Origin: Bacilli bacterium
GTDB lineage: Bacteria > Bacillota_I > Bacilli_A > ML615J-28 > CAG-313
Reading direction: 5' to 3'
Length of the DNA: 63,871 bases
Assembly: GCA_045612145.1 (NCBI GenBank)
Contig: JAZKYN010000136.1
Span: 1 to 63,871, forward strand
Part shown: positions 11,493-20,436 of the stretch, one piece after another
Layout: every line of letters starts with the position of its first letter
Numbering within the stretch: the first letter of the stretch is position 1
Program-made: the position numbers and the translations under genes
The notes under the pieces: model-generated
Seen by the model: only the letters and a program-made list of their open reading frames with translations
Told to the model about the DNA's origin: nothing
Databases searched by the model: none

Positions 11493-11662
11493 TTATACTT
11501 TTCTATTTTCTTTCTTATTATAACATATTTTATCTTTTTTTTCAACTATTATAAATTATAAAAAATATGATTTTAATATTAGTATTTTTCCTTTACTTTA
11601 ATGTAATACATTTTATTAAATATTATATTCTTTAATTTAAATTTAAATTAACGTATTTCAAA

Positions 11663-11699
11663 CAAAAAAAAGCTTTTCGATAAAACTCGAAAAGCTTTT
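11663..11699 (-). terminator. rho-independent terminator after the metK-GH4-kinase unit
   Basis: Perfect 13-bp stem AAAAGCTTTTCGA / TCGAAAAGCTTTT with loop TAAAAC, followed on the minus strand by a T8 run. Confidence 0.8.
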
Positions 11700-11703
11700 T
11701 ATA

Positions 11704-12702
11704 TTAATTTTGTTTATTTTGATACTCAATGATAGAATTTAAAATTTTGTTTTTTGTTTCGCTAGTAGGAAGATATCCATTAGCAATTTCTAATGCCCAA
11801 AGTATTGCACCAAGTACTGGAGGTTCATTTAAAACAATAAAATTACATTCTTTTTTGGTTAAGTTTTTAACTGTTTCTTTGAATTTATTTAACATATTAA
11901 AGTTAGTTGCTTTAGCCCAAACTGAACCAGCTAAAATAACATTAATAGGCTCTAATAAATTAATTTCAGCAATAACACCTGAAGTTGATCTACCCATATT
12001 TTCACCTGCAGTTTCTAGAACTTTAATAGCAGGTTCATCACCTTCATTTGCACGATTGAATAATGATTTAATTAAATATGTAGAATCAATTCTTTTTCCT
12101 ACGATTGCGTCACTGAATTCTTTTTTAGATTCAATACCGTACATTTTAAATACATCTTCAGTAACTTTTGTTTTTGGACCAAATCTGAATGCTTCATCAA
12201 AAGCAATTCTTACTGTAGCTCTTGCCAGGAATGAGCCGCCGCCTTCATCACCTGCAACATATCCGATTCCACCAACTTGCATCCATTTACCATCTTCATC
12301 AATACCAACATTTACTGTACCTGTTCCATTAATTGAACAAACACCAGTTCCTGTTGGAGATGCAGCTTTAATTCCTAAGAAACCATCATTTACAACTTGA
12401 TATTTTTTGAAACCAATTTTTTCAACAGCTTCTTCTAATGCTTTCTTTTGGAATGGAGCATCAACTCCAGCAAGTCCAAATGCGCCAGATTCAACATCTT
12501 CGATTGTTAAATTGTTACGTTTTAGAAGGTTTGTAATTTGGTTGTTCATTTCAATATAAGCACCATTAAATGAACCAATTTTTGGTGATTCATGACTGCA
12601 TGTGCCACATCTTACTCCATCAACAAAATTACCTTCTATATCATATAATAAATAATCTGTTTTAGTGTTTCCACCATCAACGCCAATTACATATTTTTTC
12701 AT
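11704..12702 (-). CDS. BadF/BadG/BcrA/BcrD-type ATPase, N-acetylglucosamine-kinase-like sugar kinase
   Basis: 332 aa. The N-terminal phosphate-1 motif VIGVDGGNTKTDY and later GGIGYVAGDEGGG are typical of BadF-type sugar kinases. It overlaps the GH4 gene by 1 nt. Confidence 0.75.
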   Translation of the reverse strand: MKKYVIGVDGGNTKTDYLLYDIEGNFVDGVRCGTCSHESPKIGSFNGAYIEMNNQITNLLKRNNLTIEDVESGAFGLAGVDAPFQKKALEEAVEKIGFKKYQVVNDGFLGIKAASPTGTGVCSINGTGTVNVGIDEDGKWMQVGGIGYVAGDEGGGSFLARATVRIAFDEAFRFGPKTKVTEDVFKMYGIESKKEFSDAIVGKRIDSTYLIKSLFNRANEGDEPAIKVLETAGENMGRSTSGVIAEINLLEPINVILAGSVWAKATNFNMLNKFKETVKNLTKKECNFIVLNEPPVLGAILWALEIANGYLPTSETKNKILNSIIEYQNKQN

Positions 12703-13988
12703 TATTTTTCTTCCTTATTAAATTGTGGTAAAAATTCTTTATGTGCTTCTAGTAATTCGTCAAAGCAAGCACTTGCAGTGTTTAAATCAGCAACAAGTGG
12801 ATTTGACATTAATGCACGCATAGCTTCAATTTTATCACCATTGATAGCAGCTTTAACAGCATGTTTTTCATACGCTTTTACTTGTTTAATGTAATCTTTG
12901 ATATGATCATTTACATCACTTTCAAGTGGAAGAGGTTTAGCACCATCTTTACCAACATATGCTCTAATTTCAACAGCATCATCATCAGCTAAGAATGGAA
13001 GAGCACCATTATTTAATACGTTAACAACATGAATATCATTTCTATCATTCCAAATAGAATCAACAAGTGAAATTGCTACTTCTGAATATCTAGCACCACC
13101 GCGTTTTGAAAGTTGTGCAGGTTTAACATGAAGTTCACTATCTTGATAGATTTTTAATAGTTCTTCTTCAATTTGCATACAAGTTTCACCACGTGATTTT
13201 TCACTGTGTAATAATTTTTCAAGTTTACTATTTTTGAAATAATAATATTCTAAGTAAGATGTAGGAATTGCACCAATTGCAGCAATTTGTTCTTTAGTAA
13301 ATCCACTAGCTGGAATATTTTTCATTGATTCACTGTTAAGACCTGCATCTAATGCATCTTGTAAATAGTCTTTACCATCTTGTTCAATTTTTGTAATATA
13401 AGCAAAGTGATTTAAACCAATGTATTCAATGTTTGCATTTGGTAAATTCATATGTCTTTTGATACCATCAATTGTATTGATTGGAACGTTACATAAACCA
13501 ATCATTTTAACATTAGTATAATTTAATAATGCTTCAACAATCATACCAGATGGATTTGAGAAGTTAATTAACCATGCATTTGGACAATGTTTTTCCATTA
13601 ATTTAACAATATTCATCATAACAGGAATTGTTCTTAATCCTTTGAACATTCCACCAATACCACATGTTTCTTGACCAATTAAATTATATTTAAGAGGTAT
13701 TTTTTCATCTTTAACACGTGCTGGAAGTTTACCTACACGAATTTGTGCTAAAACGAAATCAGCACCTTTTAATGCTTCTTCATAATCATTTAAAACAAGT
13801 CTAGTTTTACAAGGAAGACCTGCAGCTTCAATCATTCTTTGGCATAAACTACCAACAATATTTAATTTTCTTTCATCAATATCCATTAAATCAAGTTCTG
13901 TTAATGGTAATGAATCTCTTTTATTAATAATACCTTCAATTAATTCTGGAGTATAAGTGCTTCCTGCTCCAATAATACAAATTTTCAT
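12702..13988 (-). CDS. glycoside hydrolase family 4, 6-phospho-beta-glucosidase-like (LicH/CelF type)
   Basis: 428 aa with the N-terminal NAD fold IIGAGSTYTPELIEG, then GQETCGIGG, GLCNVP and LNH motifs. It is close to my recollection of B. subtilis LicH. Confidence 0.85.
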   Translation of the reverse strand: MKICIIGAGSTYTPELIEGIINKRDSLPLTELDLMDIDERKLNIVGSLCQRMIEAAGLPCKTRLVLNDYEEALKGADFVLAQIRVGKLPARVKDEKIPLKYNLIGQETCGIGGMFKGLRTIPVMMNIVKLMEKHCPNAWLINFSNPSGMIVEALLNYTNVKMIGLCNVPINTIDGIKRHMNLPNANIEYIGLNHFAYITKIEQDGKDYLQDALDAGLNSESMKNIPASGFTKEQIAAIGAIPTSYLEYYYFKNSKLEKLLHSEKSRGETCMQIEEELLKIYQDSELHVKPAQLSKRGGARYSEVAISLVDSIWNDRNDIHVVNVLNNGALPFLADDDAVEIRAYVGKDGAKPLPLESDVNDHIKDYIKQVKAYEKHAVKAAINGDKIEAMRALMSNPLVADLNTASACFDELLEAHKEFLPQFNKEEK

Positions 13989-14001
13989 AATGTTCTCCTT
14001 T

Positions 14002-15159
14002 TTAATTTAAATATTTTTTTAATTGTTCTTGTTTATCAAGTTTTTCCCAAGGAAGATCTAAATCATTTCTACCAAAATGACCATAAGCAGCAGTTTGTTT
14101 ATAAATAGGTCTTCTTAAATTTAGGCTAGTAATAATTCCTTTTGGAGTTAATTCAAAGTTTTCTCTAATAATTTCGATTAATTCAACTTCTTTATATTTT
14201 GAAGTTCCAAAAGTTTCCACACAAATTGATGTTGGTTCTGCAACACCAATTGCATATGATAATTGAATTTGCATTTTATCAGCAAATCCAGCTGCAACCA
14301 TGTTTTTAGCAACATATCTTGCCATATAACATGCACTTCTATCAACTTTAGTTGGGTCTTTACCACTAAATGCACCACCACCATGAGGAGCATATCCGCC
14401 ATAAGTATCTACGATAATTTTTCTACCAGTTAACCCAGAGTCTCCTTTAGGTCCACCAATAACGAATCTTCCAGTTGGATTAACAAATATTCTTGTTGAT
14501 TCATCCATTAAATGACTTGGAATGATAGGTTTAATTACTTCTTCTAAAATTAAGTTTCTTAAATATTCTTGAGTAACTTCTTCATCATGTTGTGTTGAAA
14601 CAACTATTGTATCAACTCTAACAGCGTTACCTTCATCATCATATTCAACAGAAACTTGAGTTTTACCGTCAGGTCTTAATTCTTTATGACCTTCTAATTT
14701 TCTTAAATCAGTTAAACGTTTAGCAAGTTTATGTGACAACATAATTGGAAGTGGCATTAATTCTTCTGTTTCTCTACATGCGTAACCAAACATCATACCT
14801 TGGTCACCAGCACCATCTGTATCAACACCCATTGCAATATCTGGAGATTGTTCATTTAAAGCAACAAGTACTGCAAGATTTTCACTATCGAAACCAAATT
14901 TACCACGATTATATCCAATTTCATCAACAACTTGTCTTACAGTTTTTTGTACATCACAATAACCTTTTGTTGTTACTTCTCCCATAACAAGTACAAGTCC
15001 AGTTGTAACTGAAACTTCACATGCAACACGAGAATTAGGATCTTGTGCTAAAATATCATCTAAAATAGCATCACTAATTTGGTCACAAATTTTATCTGGA
15101 TGTCCTTCTGTAACAGATTCTGATGTAAATATTCTTTTATTTTTTAATATTTCACTCAT
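14002..15159 (-). CDS. metK: S-adenosylmethionine synthetase
   Basis: 385 aa with [24 protein letters not shown] and [16 protein letters not shown] motifs. Confidence 0.97.
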   Translation of the reverse strand: MSEILKNKRIFTSESVTEGHPDKICDQISDAILDDILAQDPNSRVACEVSVTTGLVLVMGEVTTKGYCDVQKTVRQVVDEIGYNRGKFGFDSENLAVLVALNEQSPDIAMGVDTDGAGDQGMMFGYACRETEELMPLPIMLSHKLAKRLTDLRKLEGHKELRPDGKTQVSVEYDDEGNAVRVDTIVVSTQHDEEVTQEYLRNLILEEVIKPIIPSHLMDESTRIFVNPTGRFVIGGPKGDSGLTGRKIIVDTYGGYAPHGGGAFSGKDPTKVDRSACYMARYVAKNMVAAGFADKMQIQLSYAIGVAEPTSICVETFGTSKYKEVELIEIIRENFELTPKGIITSLNLRRPIYKQTAAYGHFGRNDLDLPWEKLDKQEQLKKYLN

Positions 15160-15197
15160 TTTTTATTACCAATACTTTCTATTATAATTCCTCATAT

Positions 15198-15226
15198 ATT
15201 ATACAACAAAATGACTATTTTTGCAA
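15198..15226 (-). promoter_or_regulatory. sigma-A type promoter of metK
   Basis: On the minus strand, TTGCAA (15221-15226), a 17-nt spacer, then TATAAT (15198-15203). This leaves a 5' UTR of only about 30 nt. Confidence 0.55.
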
Positions 15227-15236
15227 GTTAAGAATA

Positions 15237-15887
15237 CTAAAAATACATATTCCAGTTTTTTGTATTAGGAATTTTCTCAAAAGTCATTTCTTCTTTTGTA
15301 ATAGGATGATTAAAAGTTAATGAATAAGCATATAACATTAAATCAACATTAGTATTTTCACCATATAATTTATCTCCTAATAAAGGATGGTTTATATGAG
15401 AAAATTGAACCCTTATTTGATGATGTCTACCTGTTTTTAAATTAACATCAACTAATGAATTACCATTTACAATATTTTTTACTTCGTAATCTAATATTGC
15501 AAGTTTCCCACTTTTTGCATTACCTACATAAGATTTGACTTCTTTATCATCTTTAATAAGATAATTTTCTAAATGACCTTTTCCTTCTATTACACCTTTT
15601 ACAACAGCATAATATTTTTTCTTAAAATTATGATTTCTTATTTGTTCATTAAGTCTTGTTGCGGCTTTAGATGTTTTAGCAAAAACCATTATACCACCGG
15701 TCATTCTATCTAATCTATGGACTAATCCTAAATAAACATTACCAGGCTTATTGTAAGTATCTTTAATATATTGTTTTATTATAGTTAACATATCCATATC
15801 TTTTGTATAATCTTCTTGTGATAAAATACCAACAGGTTTTACACAAACTATTACGTGATTATCTTCATATAAAATTTCTAAGCTCAT
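15237..15887 (-). CDS. RluA-family pseudouridine synthase (no S4 domain)
   Basis: 216 aa with the catalytic motif HRLDRMTGG and the downstream GRHHQIRVQ motif. Confidence 0.85.
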   Translation of the reverse strand: MSLEILYEDNHVIVCVKPVGILSQEDYTKDMDMLTIIKQYIKDTYNKPGNVYLGLVHRLDRMTGGIMVFAKTSKAATRLNEQIRNHNFKKKYYAVVKGVIEGKGHLENYLIKDDKEVKSYVGNAKSGKLAILDYEVKNIVNGNSLVDVNLKTGRHHQIRVQFSHINHPLLGDKLYGENTNVDLMLYAYSLTFNHPITKEEMTFEKIPNTKNWNMYF

Positions 15888-15992
15888 AATTATACCTCTT
15901 TAATATTATAACATTTATACTCTTTTTTTGCAAAACATAGTATTTTTTATTTTTTTCATAAATAAATATTTCCTATTTATAAAGCCAATAAT

Positions 15993-16021
15993 TTGAATTA
16001 AATACGAAAATGTGTTATAAT
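15993..16021 (+). promoter_or_regulatory. sigma-A type promoter of the HTH gene
   Basis: TTGAAT (15993-15998), a 17-nt spacer, then TGtTATAAT extended -10 (TATAAT at 16016-16021). AAAGGAG lies 7 nt before ATG 16047. Confidence 0.55.
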
Positions 16022-16046
16022 ATAAAACGATGAAAGGAGTCTAGTT

Positions 16047-16646
16047 ATGGAAGAACAAAAACTAGAAGTAGAAACGGTTGTTTCTAACGAAGAATTAAAC
16101 GCAGAAGAAAATCAAGCACCTGCTGATCCTCTTGCTTTCTTTAATGAAAAGCCTACAAAAAAATTATCAAAAATTGAAAAAAGAAAATTAAGAGTTATCA
16201 AAAAATTATTAATGGGTGAAATTAACGGTACTGAAGCCGCTAAAAAACTTAATATTACAACTCGTCAAGTTCGTAATTTAAAACGTCAAGTTTTAAACGA
16301 AGGATACGATGGTGTAGTTCACAAAAACAAAAATTACAAACCATATAATACTTATGACACTGAAATTAGCACTTTTGTTTGTAAATTATACAGAAGAGAA
16401 TATAGAGGTACTAACTTCAGCGAATTCGCAAGAATTTGTCAAGAACAATATGGTGTAGAAGCATCTAGAAGTACAATTTATAACTTCTTAAGAAGAGGAA
16501 GAATTCGTTCACCTCAAAGAAAAACTAAGAAAAAAGTTGTAGTTGCAGTAGAAGCAACAACAAAAACTACAACAAAAAAAACTAGTACTACTAAAAAAAC
16601 TGCTACTACAAAATCTACAACTACGAAAAAAACAAGCTCTAAATAA
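16047..16646 (+). CDS. helix-turn-helix protein resembling the N-terminal DNA-binding half of a transposase, with a Thr/Lys-rich tail
   Basis: 199 aa. An acidic N-terminus is followed by two HTH-like segments (GTEAAKKLNITTRQVRNLKRQ and SEFARICQEQYGVEASRSTIYNFLRRG). The tail is KTTTKKTSTTKKTATTKSTTTKKTSSK. No DDE/integrase core follows. Confidence 0.5.
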   Translation: MEEQKLEVETVVSNEELNAEENQAPADPLAFFNEKPTKKLSKIEKRKLRVIKKLLMGEINGTEAAKKLNITTRQVRNLKRQVLNEGYDGVVHKNKNYKPYNTYDTEISTFVCKLYRREYRGTNFSEFARICQEQYGVEASRSTIYNFLRRGRIRSPQRKTKKKVVVAVEATTKTTTKKTSTTKKTATTKSTTTKKTSSK

Positions 16647-16663
16647 TTATTTAGAGTTTTTTT
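16637..16663 (+). terminator. AT-rich hairpin plus T7 after the HTH gene, abutting ispG
   Basis: Perfect 20-nt palindrome CTCTAAATAATTATTTAGAG overlapping the stop codon, followed by TTTTTTT. The stem is weak (AT-rich), so it is probably leaky. Confidence 0.45.
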
Positions 16664-16671
16664 AAAAGGAT

Positions 16672-17718
16672 GTGATTTTTATTTCTACAAAAGAAATTAA
16701 GATTGGTAATGTTATAATTGGAGGATGTAATCCTGTTGTAATCCAATCAATGACAAATACAAAAACAAAAGATATTAATTCAACAATTAGGCAAATCAAT
16801 GATTTAAAAAATGCCGGAGTACAAATCGTAAGAATGACAATATCCGATATTGAAGATGCTAATGCTATAAGCGAAATAAAAAAACAAGTAGATATTCCAC
16901 TTGTAGGAGATATTCATTTTGACTATAAGCTTGCTCTTCTTGCGATTGAAAATGGTATTGACAAAATTAGAATTAATCCAGGTAATATCGGCTCTTTTGA
17001 AAATGTTAAAAAAATAATCGAAAAAGCAAAAGAAAAAAATATTCCAATTAGAATTGGAATTAATTCTGGTTCATTAGAAAAACATTTATATGAAAAATAT
17101 AATGGAGTTACTCCGGAAGCATTATTCGAAAGCATCAAAAATCATATAGATTTATTTGAATCTTTAGAGTTTTACAACATTGTTTTAAGTATTAAAGCAA
17201 CAAATATTAATACATGTATTGAAACTAATAGATTATTAAAGAAAAATTATGATTACCCAATTCATATTGGACTAACCGAATCAGGTACAATTAATAGTGG
17301 AACAATTAGATCTAGTTATGTATTAGGTACTTTATTAAATGAAGGTATAGGTGATACAATAAGAGTTTCTCTTACCGGAAACCCCGTAAATGAAATTCCT
17401 GTAGCAAAAGAAATTTTATCAATGATGGGCATGTATAATAAACCTACCCTAATAAGTTGTCCCACATGCGGTAGAACTAACTATAACATGGAACCAATCG
17501 TTAGTAAAATTGAACAATATCTTAACACTTTAAATAAAAATATCAAAGTTGCCATTATGGGATGCGCTGTTAATGGTCCAGGTGAAGCAAAAGATGCTGA
17601 TATTGGCGTTGCTGGAGGAAATAAAGAAGCAATTTTATTTAAAAAAGGTCAAATAATAAAGAAAATCCCTGAGGATAAAATTGTTGAAGAATTAATTAAA
17701 GAAATTGATAATATGTAA
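16672..17718 (+). CDS. ispG: 4-hydroxy-3-methylbut-2-enyl diphosphate synthase (flavodoxin)
   Basis: 348 aa with VIQSMTNT, GDIHFDYKLA, RINPGNIG and the Fe-S cysteines CPTCGRT...GCAVNGPGE. The start codon is uncertain (GTG 16672 or ATT 16681). Confidence 0.9.
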   Translation: MIFISTKEIKIGNVIIGGCNPVVIQSMTNTKTKDINSTIRQINDLKNAGVQIVRMTISDIEDANAISEIKKQVDIPLVGDIHFDYKLALLAIENGIDKIRINPGNIGSFENVKKIIEKAKEKNIPIRIGINSGSLEKHLYEKYNGVTPEALFESIKNHIDLFESLEFYNIVLSIKATNINTCIETNRLLKKNYDYPIHIGLTESGTINSGTIRSSYVLGTLLNEGIGDTIRVSLTGNPVNEIPVAKEILSMMGMYNKPTLISCPTCGRTNYNMEPIVSKIEQYLNTLNKNIKVAIMGCAVNGPGEAKDADIGVAGGNKEAILFKKGQIIKKIPEDKIVEELIKEIDNM

Positions 17719-17746
17719 AAAATCCGACACAAGTCGGATTTTTTTA
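17717..17746. terminator. bidirectional terminator between convergent ispG and the membrane-protein gene
   Basis: AAAAAATCCGAC-ACAA-GTCGGATTTTTT, with U-runs available on both strands. Confidence 0.7.
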
Positions 17747-18076
17747 TTCTTCTTCTGATTCTTCAGGAGCAGCTTCTTCTTTAAAATGAGTATGTTTAGT
17801 AACCCATTTTTTCATTTTAATGCCTAACCATAATGAATAAATACCAAGTGTAACGATTGTTAATAATAACCATTTGATATATTGACCAAATAATTGTATT
17901 CCTTTTCCATCAAACACTAATTGTTTTCCATCAATAATTGTATGTTTTGCTATCCATCTTTCCTTAAGACAAACAGCTGCAGGTGCAGCAATACCTAGTG
18001 TAAATACACAGATAAGCCATTGTAAAATAGTAATACCTATAAGTTGAATTAATCTACCAGTAAATTTTGATTCCAT
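17744..18076 (-). CDS. small membrane protein, DUF898/YjgN-like
   Basis: 110 aa with two hydrophobic segments carrying the repeated TLGI(A/Y) signature (FTLGIAAP, VTLGIYSLW) around a soluble loop. The C-terminus is acidic. Confidence 0.5.
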   Translation of the reverse strand: MESKFTGRLIQLIGITILQWLICVFTLGIAAPAAVCLKERWIAKHTIIDGKQLVFDGKGIQLFGQYIKWLLLTIVTLGIYSLWLGIKMKKWVTKHTHFKEEAAPEESEEE

Positions 18077-18160
18077 AAAATCCTCCTTCTTTTTATGATA
18101 TAATTACATATCACGATATTATTATACAACTATATAATTCATATTTCAACATTATTTATA

Positions 18161-18189
18161 AAAAACTCCTATTTGACATAGGAGTTTTT
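18161..18189 (-). terminator. terminator of the pyr operon
   Basis: AAAAACTCCTAT-TTGAC-ATAGGAGTTTTT hairpin directly below the pyrE stop (18193-18195). Confidence 0.7.
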
Positions 18190-18192
18190 GTT

Positions 18193-18837
18193 TTATTCAT
18201 CCATCCAAGAAGGATCACTTGGATTACTTTGGAATTTTAATATTTTTTTGATATCATCTTTAGAAATGTAATTTTCTTCAGCAGCAACTTCTACTAATGT
18301 TTCAAAGTTAGAAAGAGAATGATTAATTACATTTGCTTGTGATAATTTATCTTTTCCTTTTTGTAAGTTATAAGTAAAGATTGAAGCAATACCAAGAACA
18401 TTACATCCCGCTTCTCTTAATACATCTACAACTTCAATTGAAGAACCAGCTGTTGAAATTAAGTCTTCAATTACAACAACATTTTTACCAACAGGTACTA
18501 CACCTTCAATTTGGTTTCCTCTTCCATGGTCTTTAGCTCCACCTCTTACATATCCCATAGGCATATCTAAGATATCAGAAACATATGCAGCATGAGGAAT
18601 CCCTGCAGTTGATGTACCCATAATTACTTCACAAGTTGGGAAATATTCTTTAATTACTTCTGCAAGACCATTTTCAACAACTTTTCTTGTTTCAGGATAA
18701 GATAAAGTTAATCTATTATCACAATAGATTGGAGATTTAATACCTGATGCCCATGTGAATGGATCATTTGGTTTTAAAAATACAGCATTAATTTTTAATA
18801 AATTTTTTGCTACTTCTTTAGCTAATTGGTTACTCAT
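18193..18837 (-). CDS. pyrE: orotate phosphoribosyltransferase
   Basis: 214 aa with the PRPP-binding loop [13 protein letters not shown]. It is the last gene of the pyr operon. Confidence 0.9.
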   Translation of the reverse strand: MSNQLAKEVAKNLLKINAVFLKPNDPFTWASGIKSPIYCDNRLTLSYPETRKVVENGLAEVIKEYFPTCEVIMGTSTAGIPHAAYVSDILDMPMGYVRGGAKDHGRGNQIEGVVPVGKNVVVIEDLISTAGSSIEVVDVLREAGCNVLGIASIFTYNLQKGKDKLSQANVINHSLSNFETLVEVAAEENYISKDDIKKILKFQSNPSDPSWMDE

Positions 18838-18838
18838 A

Positions 18839-19525
18839 TTAACAAAACTCCTTTACACATTTTTTGTATGCAGCAACTGGATCTTCTGCTCCTGTAATAC
18901 TTCTTCCAACAACAATATATGTTGAACCATTTTCTTTTGCAAACGCAGGTGTTGCAATACGTTTTTGGTCATTTGCAGAATCATCAGCAAATCTAATTCC
19001 AGGAGTTACTGAAATTAATCCTAACTCTTTTATAATTGCAGCTTCAAGTGGTGAACATACAACACCATCAAGTCCTGCTTCTTTTGCATTTAATGCATAT
19101 TGTTTAACAACTTCATTTAATGGTTTTTCAATTAATAATTCTTTTTCTAAAACTTCTTGTGAAGTTGATGTTAATTGTGTTACGGCAATTAGTTTTGTTT
19201 TTTTACCTTCTTCTGTGCTATCAAGACCACGTCTTGCAGCTTTCATCATTTCGATTCCGCCAGCTGCATGAAGATTAGTAATTTCAACACCTAATGTTCC
19301 AATGTTTTTCATTGCTTTTTCAACAGTGTTAGGAATATCATGTAATTTTAAATCTAAGAAGATTTTAAATCCTTTATCATGTAATTCTTTTACAAGTTGA
19401 GGTCCTTCTTTATAAATAATTTCCATTCCAAGTTTTAAATATGGATTTAATCCTTCAAATGGTACTAAAAAATCATATAATTTTTCTTTATTGCTAAAAT
19501 CACAAGCGATAATTACATCTCTCAT
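18839..19525 (-). CDS. pyrF: orotidine 5'-phosphate decarboxylase
   Basis: 228 aa with the [10 protein letters not shown] catalytic motif and a C-terminal VVGRSI motif. Confidence 0.9.
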   Translation of the reverse strand: MRDVIIACDFSNKEKLYDFLVPFEGLNPYLKLGMEIIYKEGPQLVKELHDKGFKIFLDLKLHDIPNTVEKAMKNIGTLGVEITNLHAAGGIEMMKAARRGLDSTEEGKKTKLIAVTQLTSTSQEVLEKELLIEKPLNEVVKQYALNAKEAGLDGVVCSPLEAAIIKELGLISVTPGIRFADDSANDQKRIATPAFAKENGSTYIVVGRSITGAEDPVAAYKKCVKEFC

Positions 19526-20436
19526 TATTTTCTTCCTCCAATGATATCTTCTAATTTTTCAATATTATATTCTTTCATTACTTTTGGTAAGTCATCAATT
19601 ATTTTTTTACAAGCGTAAGGGTCAATTAAATTTTGTGCACCAACCATTACTAAGCTTGCGCCAGCATACATCATTTCAATTACATCATAAGCAGTTGAAA
19701 CACCACCCATACCTATAATTGGAAGGTCAACAGCATTTGAAACTTCATAAACCATTCTTAAAGCAACTGGGAATATACCAGGACCACTATAACCGCCTTT
19801 AACGTTTGCGATAATTGGTTTTCCTGTCTTTAAATCAAATCTCATTCCAACAAGTGTATTAATTAAACTTATTGCATCAGCTCCAGCTCTTTCAACAGCT
19901 TTTGCCATTTCTACAACATTTGTTACATTTGGGCTAAGTTTTACGATAATTGGTTTAGTAGACACTTTTTTTACTTCTTTTACAAGTTCATATGCAGTAT
20001 CAGGATCAACACCAAAAGCCATACCTCCACCTGTAACGTTAGGACATGAAATATTTAATTCAATAGCAAATGTTTTATCCGATTCGTTAAATTTTTTAAC
20101 AGTTTCAGTATATTCATATACACTGTGGCCACCAACATTTGCAATAATTTGATCTTCATACACTTCATCAAGTTTTACTAATTCTTCAGTTACAACTTTA
20201 TCTACACCTGGATTTTGAAGTCCAATCGCATTAATTAAACCTGATGGACATTCAGCAATTCTTGGAAGTTTATTCCCGTATCTTGGTTCTAATGTTGTAC
20301 CTTTTATTGAAATACTTCCTAATATATTAATATCATATAAGTCACTAAATTCATAACCGAATCCAAATGTTCCAGAAGCTGGAATAATTGGGTTTTTAAA
20401 TTCTTTACCTAGAAATTTAATTTTTAAATTTTCCAT
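19525..20436 (-). CDS. pyrD: dihydroorotate dehydrogenase, class 1B catalytic subunit
   Basis: 303 aa with the active-site LNISCPN cysteine. It is paired with pyrK by 1-nt overlaps on both sides. Confidence 0.9.
   Translation of the reverse strand: MENLKIKFLGKEFKNPIIPASGTFGFGYEFSDLYDINILGSISIKGTTLEPRYGNKLPRIAECPSGLINAIGLQNPGVDKVVTEELVKLDEVYEDQIIANVGGHSVYEYTETVKKFNESDKTFAIELNISCPNVTGGGMAFGVDPDTAYELVKEVKKVSTKPIIVKLSPNVTNVVEMAKAVERAGADAISLINTLVGMRFDLKTGKPIIANVKGGYSGPGIFPVALRMVYEVSNAVDLPIIGMGGVSTAYDVIEMMYAGASLVMVGAQNLIDPYACKKIIDDLPKVMKEYNIEKLEDIIGGRK

Noticed and set aside
11729-12400. 223-aa plus-strand ORF, together with similar antisense ORFs at 18864-19271, 43139-43477, 35372-35647, 48169-48447 and 3583-4257
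   Set aside because: Each lies entirely antisense to a strongly supported gene (kinase, pyrF, the giant lipoprotein, dnaJ, deoC). Their Ser/Pro/Ala/Ile-rich low-complexity translations are typical of shadow frames, and none has a ribosome-binding site.
15888-16700. Insertion sequence or mobile element around the HTH gene
   Set aside because: Only a DNA-binding N-terminal module is present. There is no DDE or integrase domain, no terminal inverted repeats and no direct repeats that I could see. I report it as a possible domesticated fragment instead.
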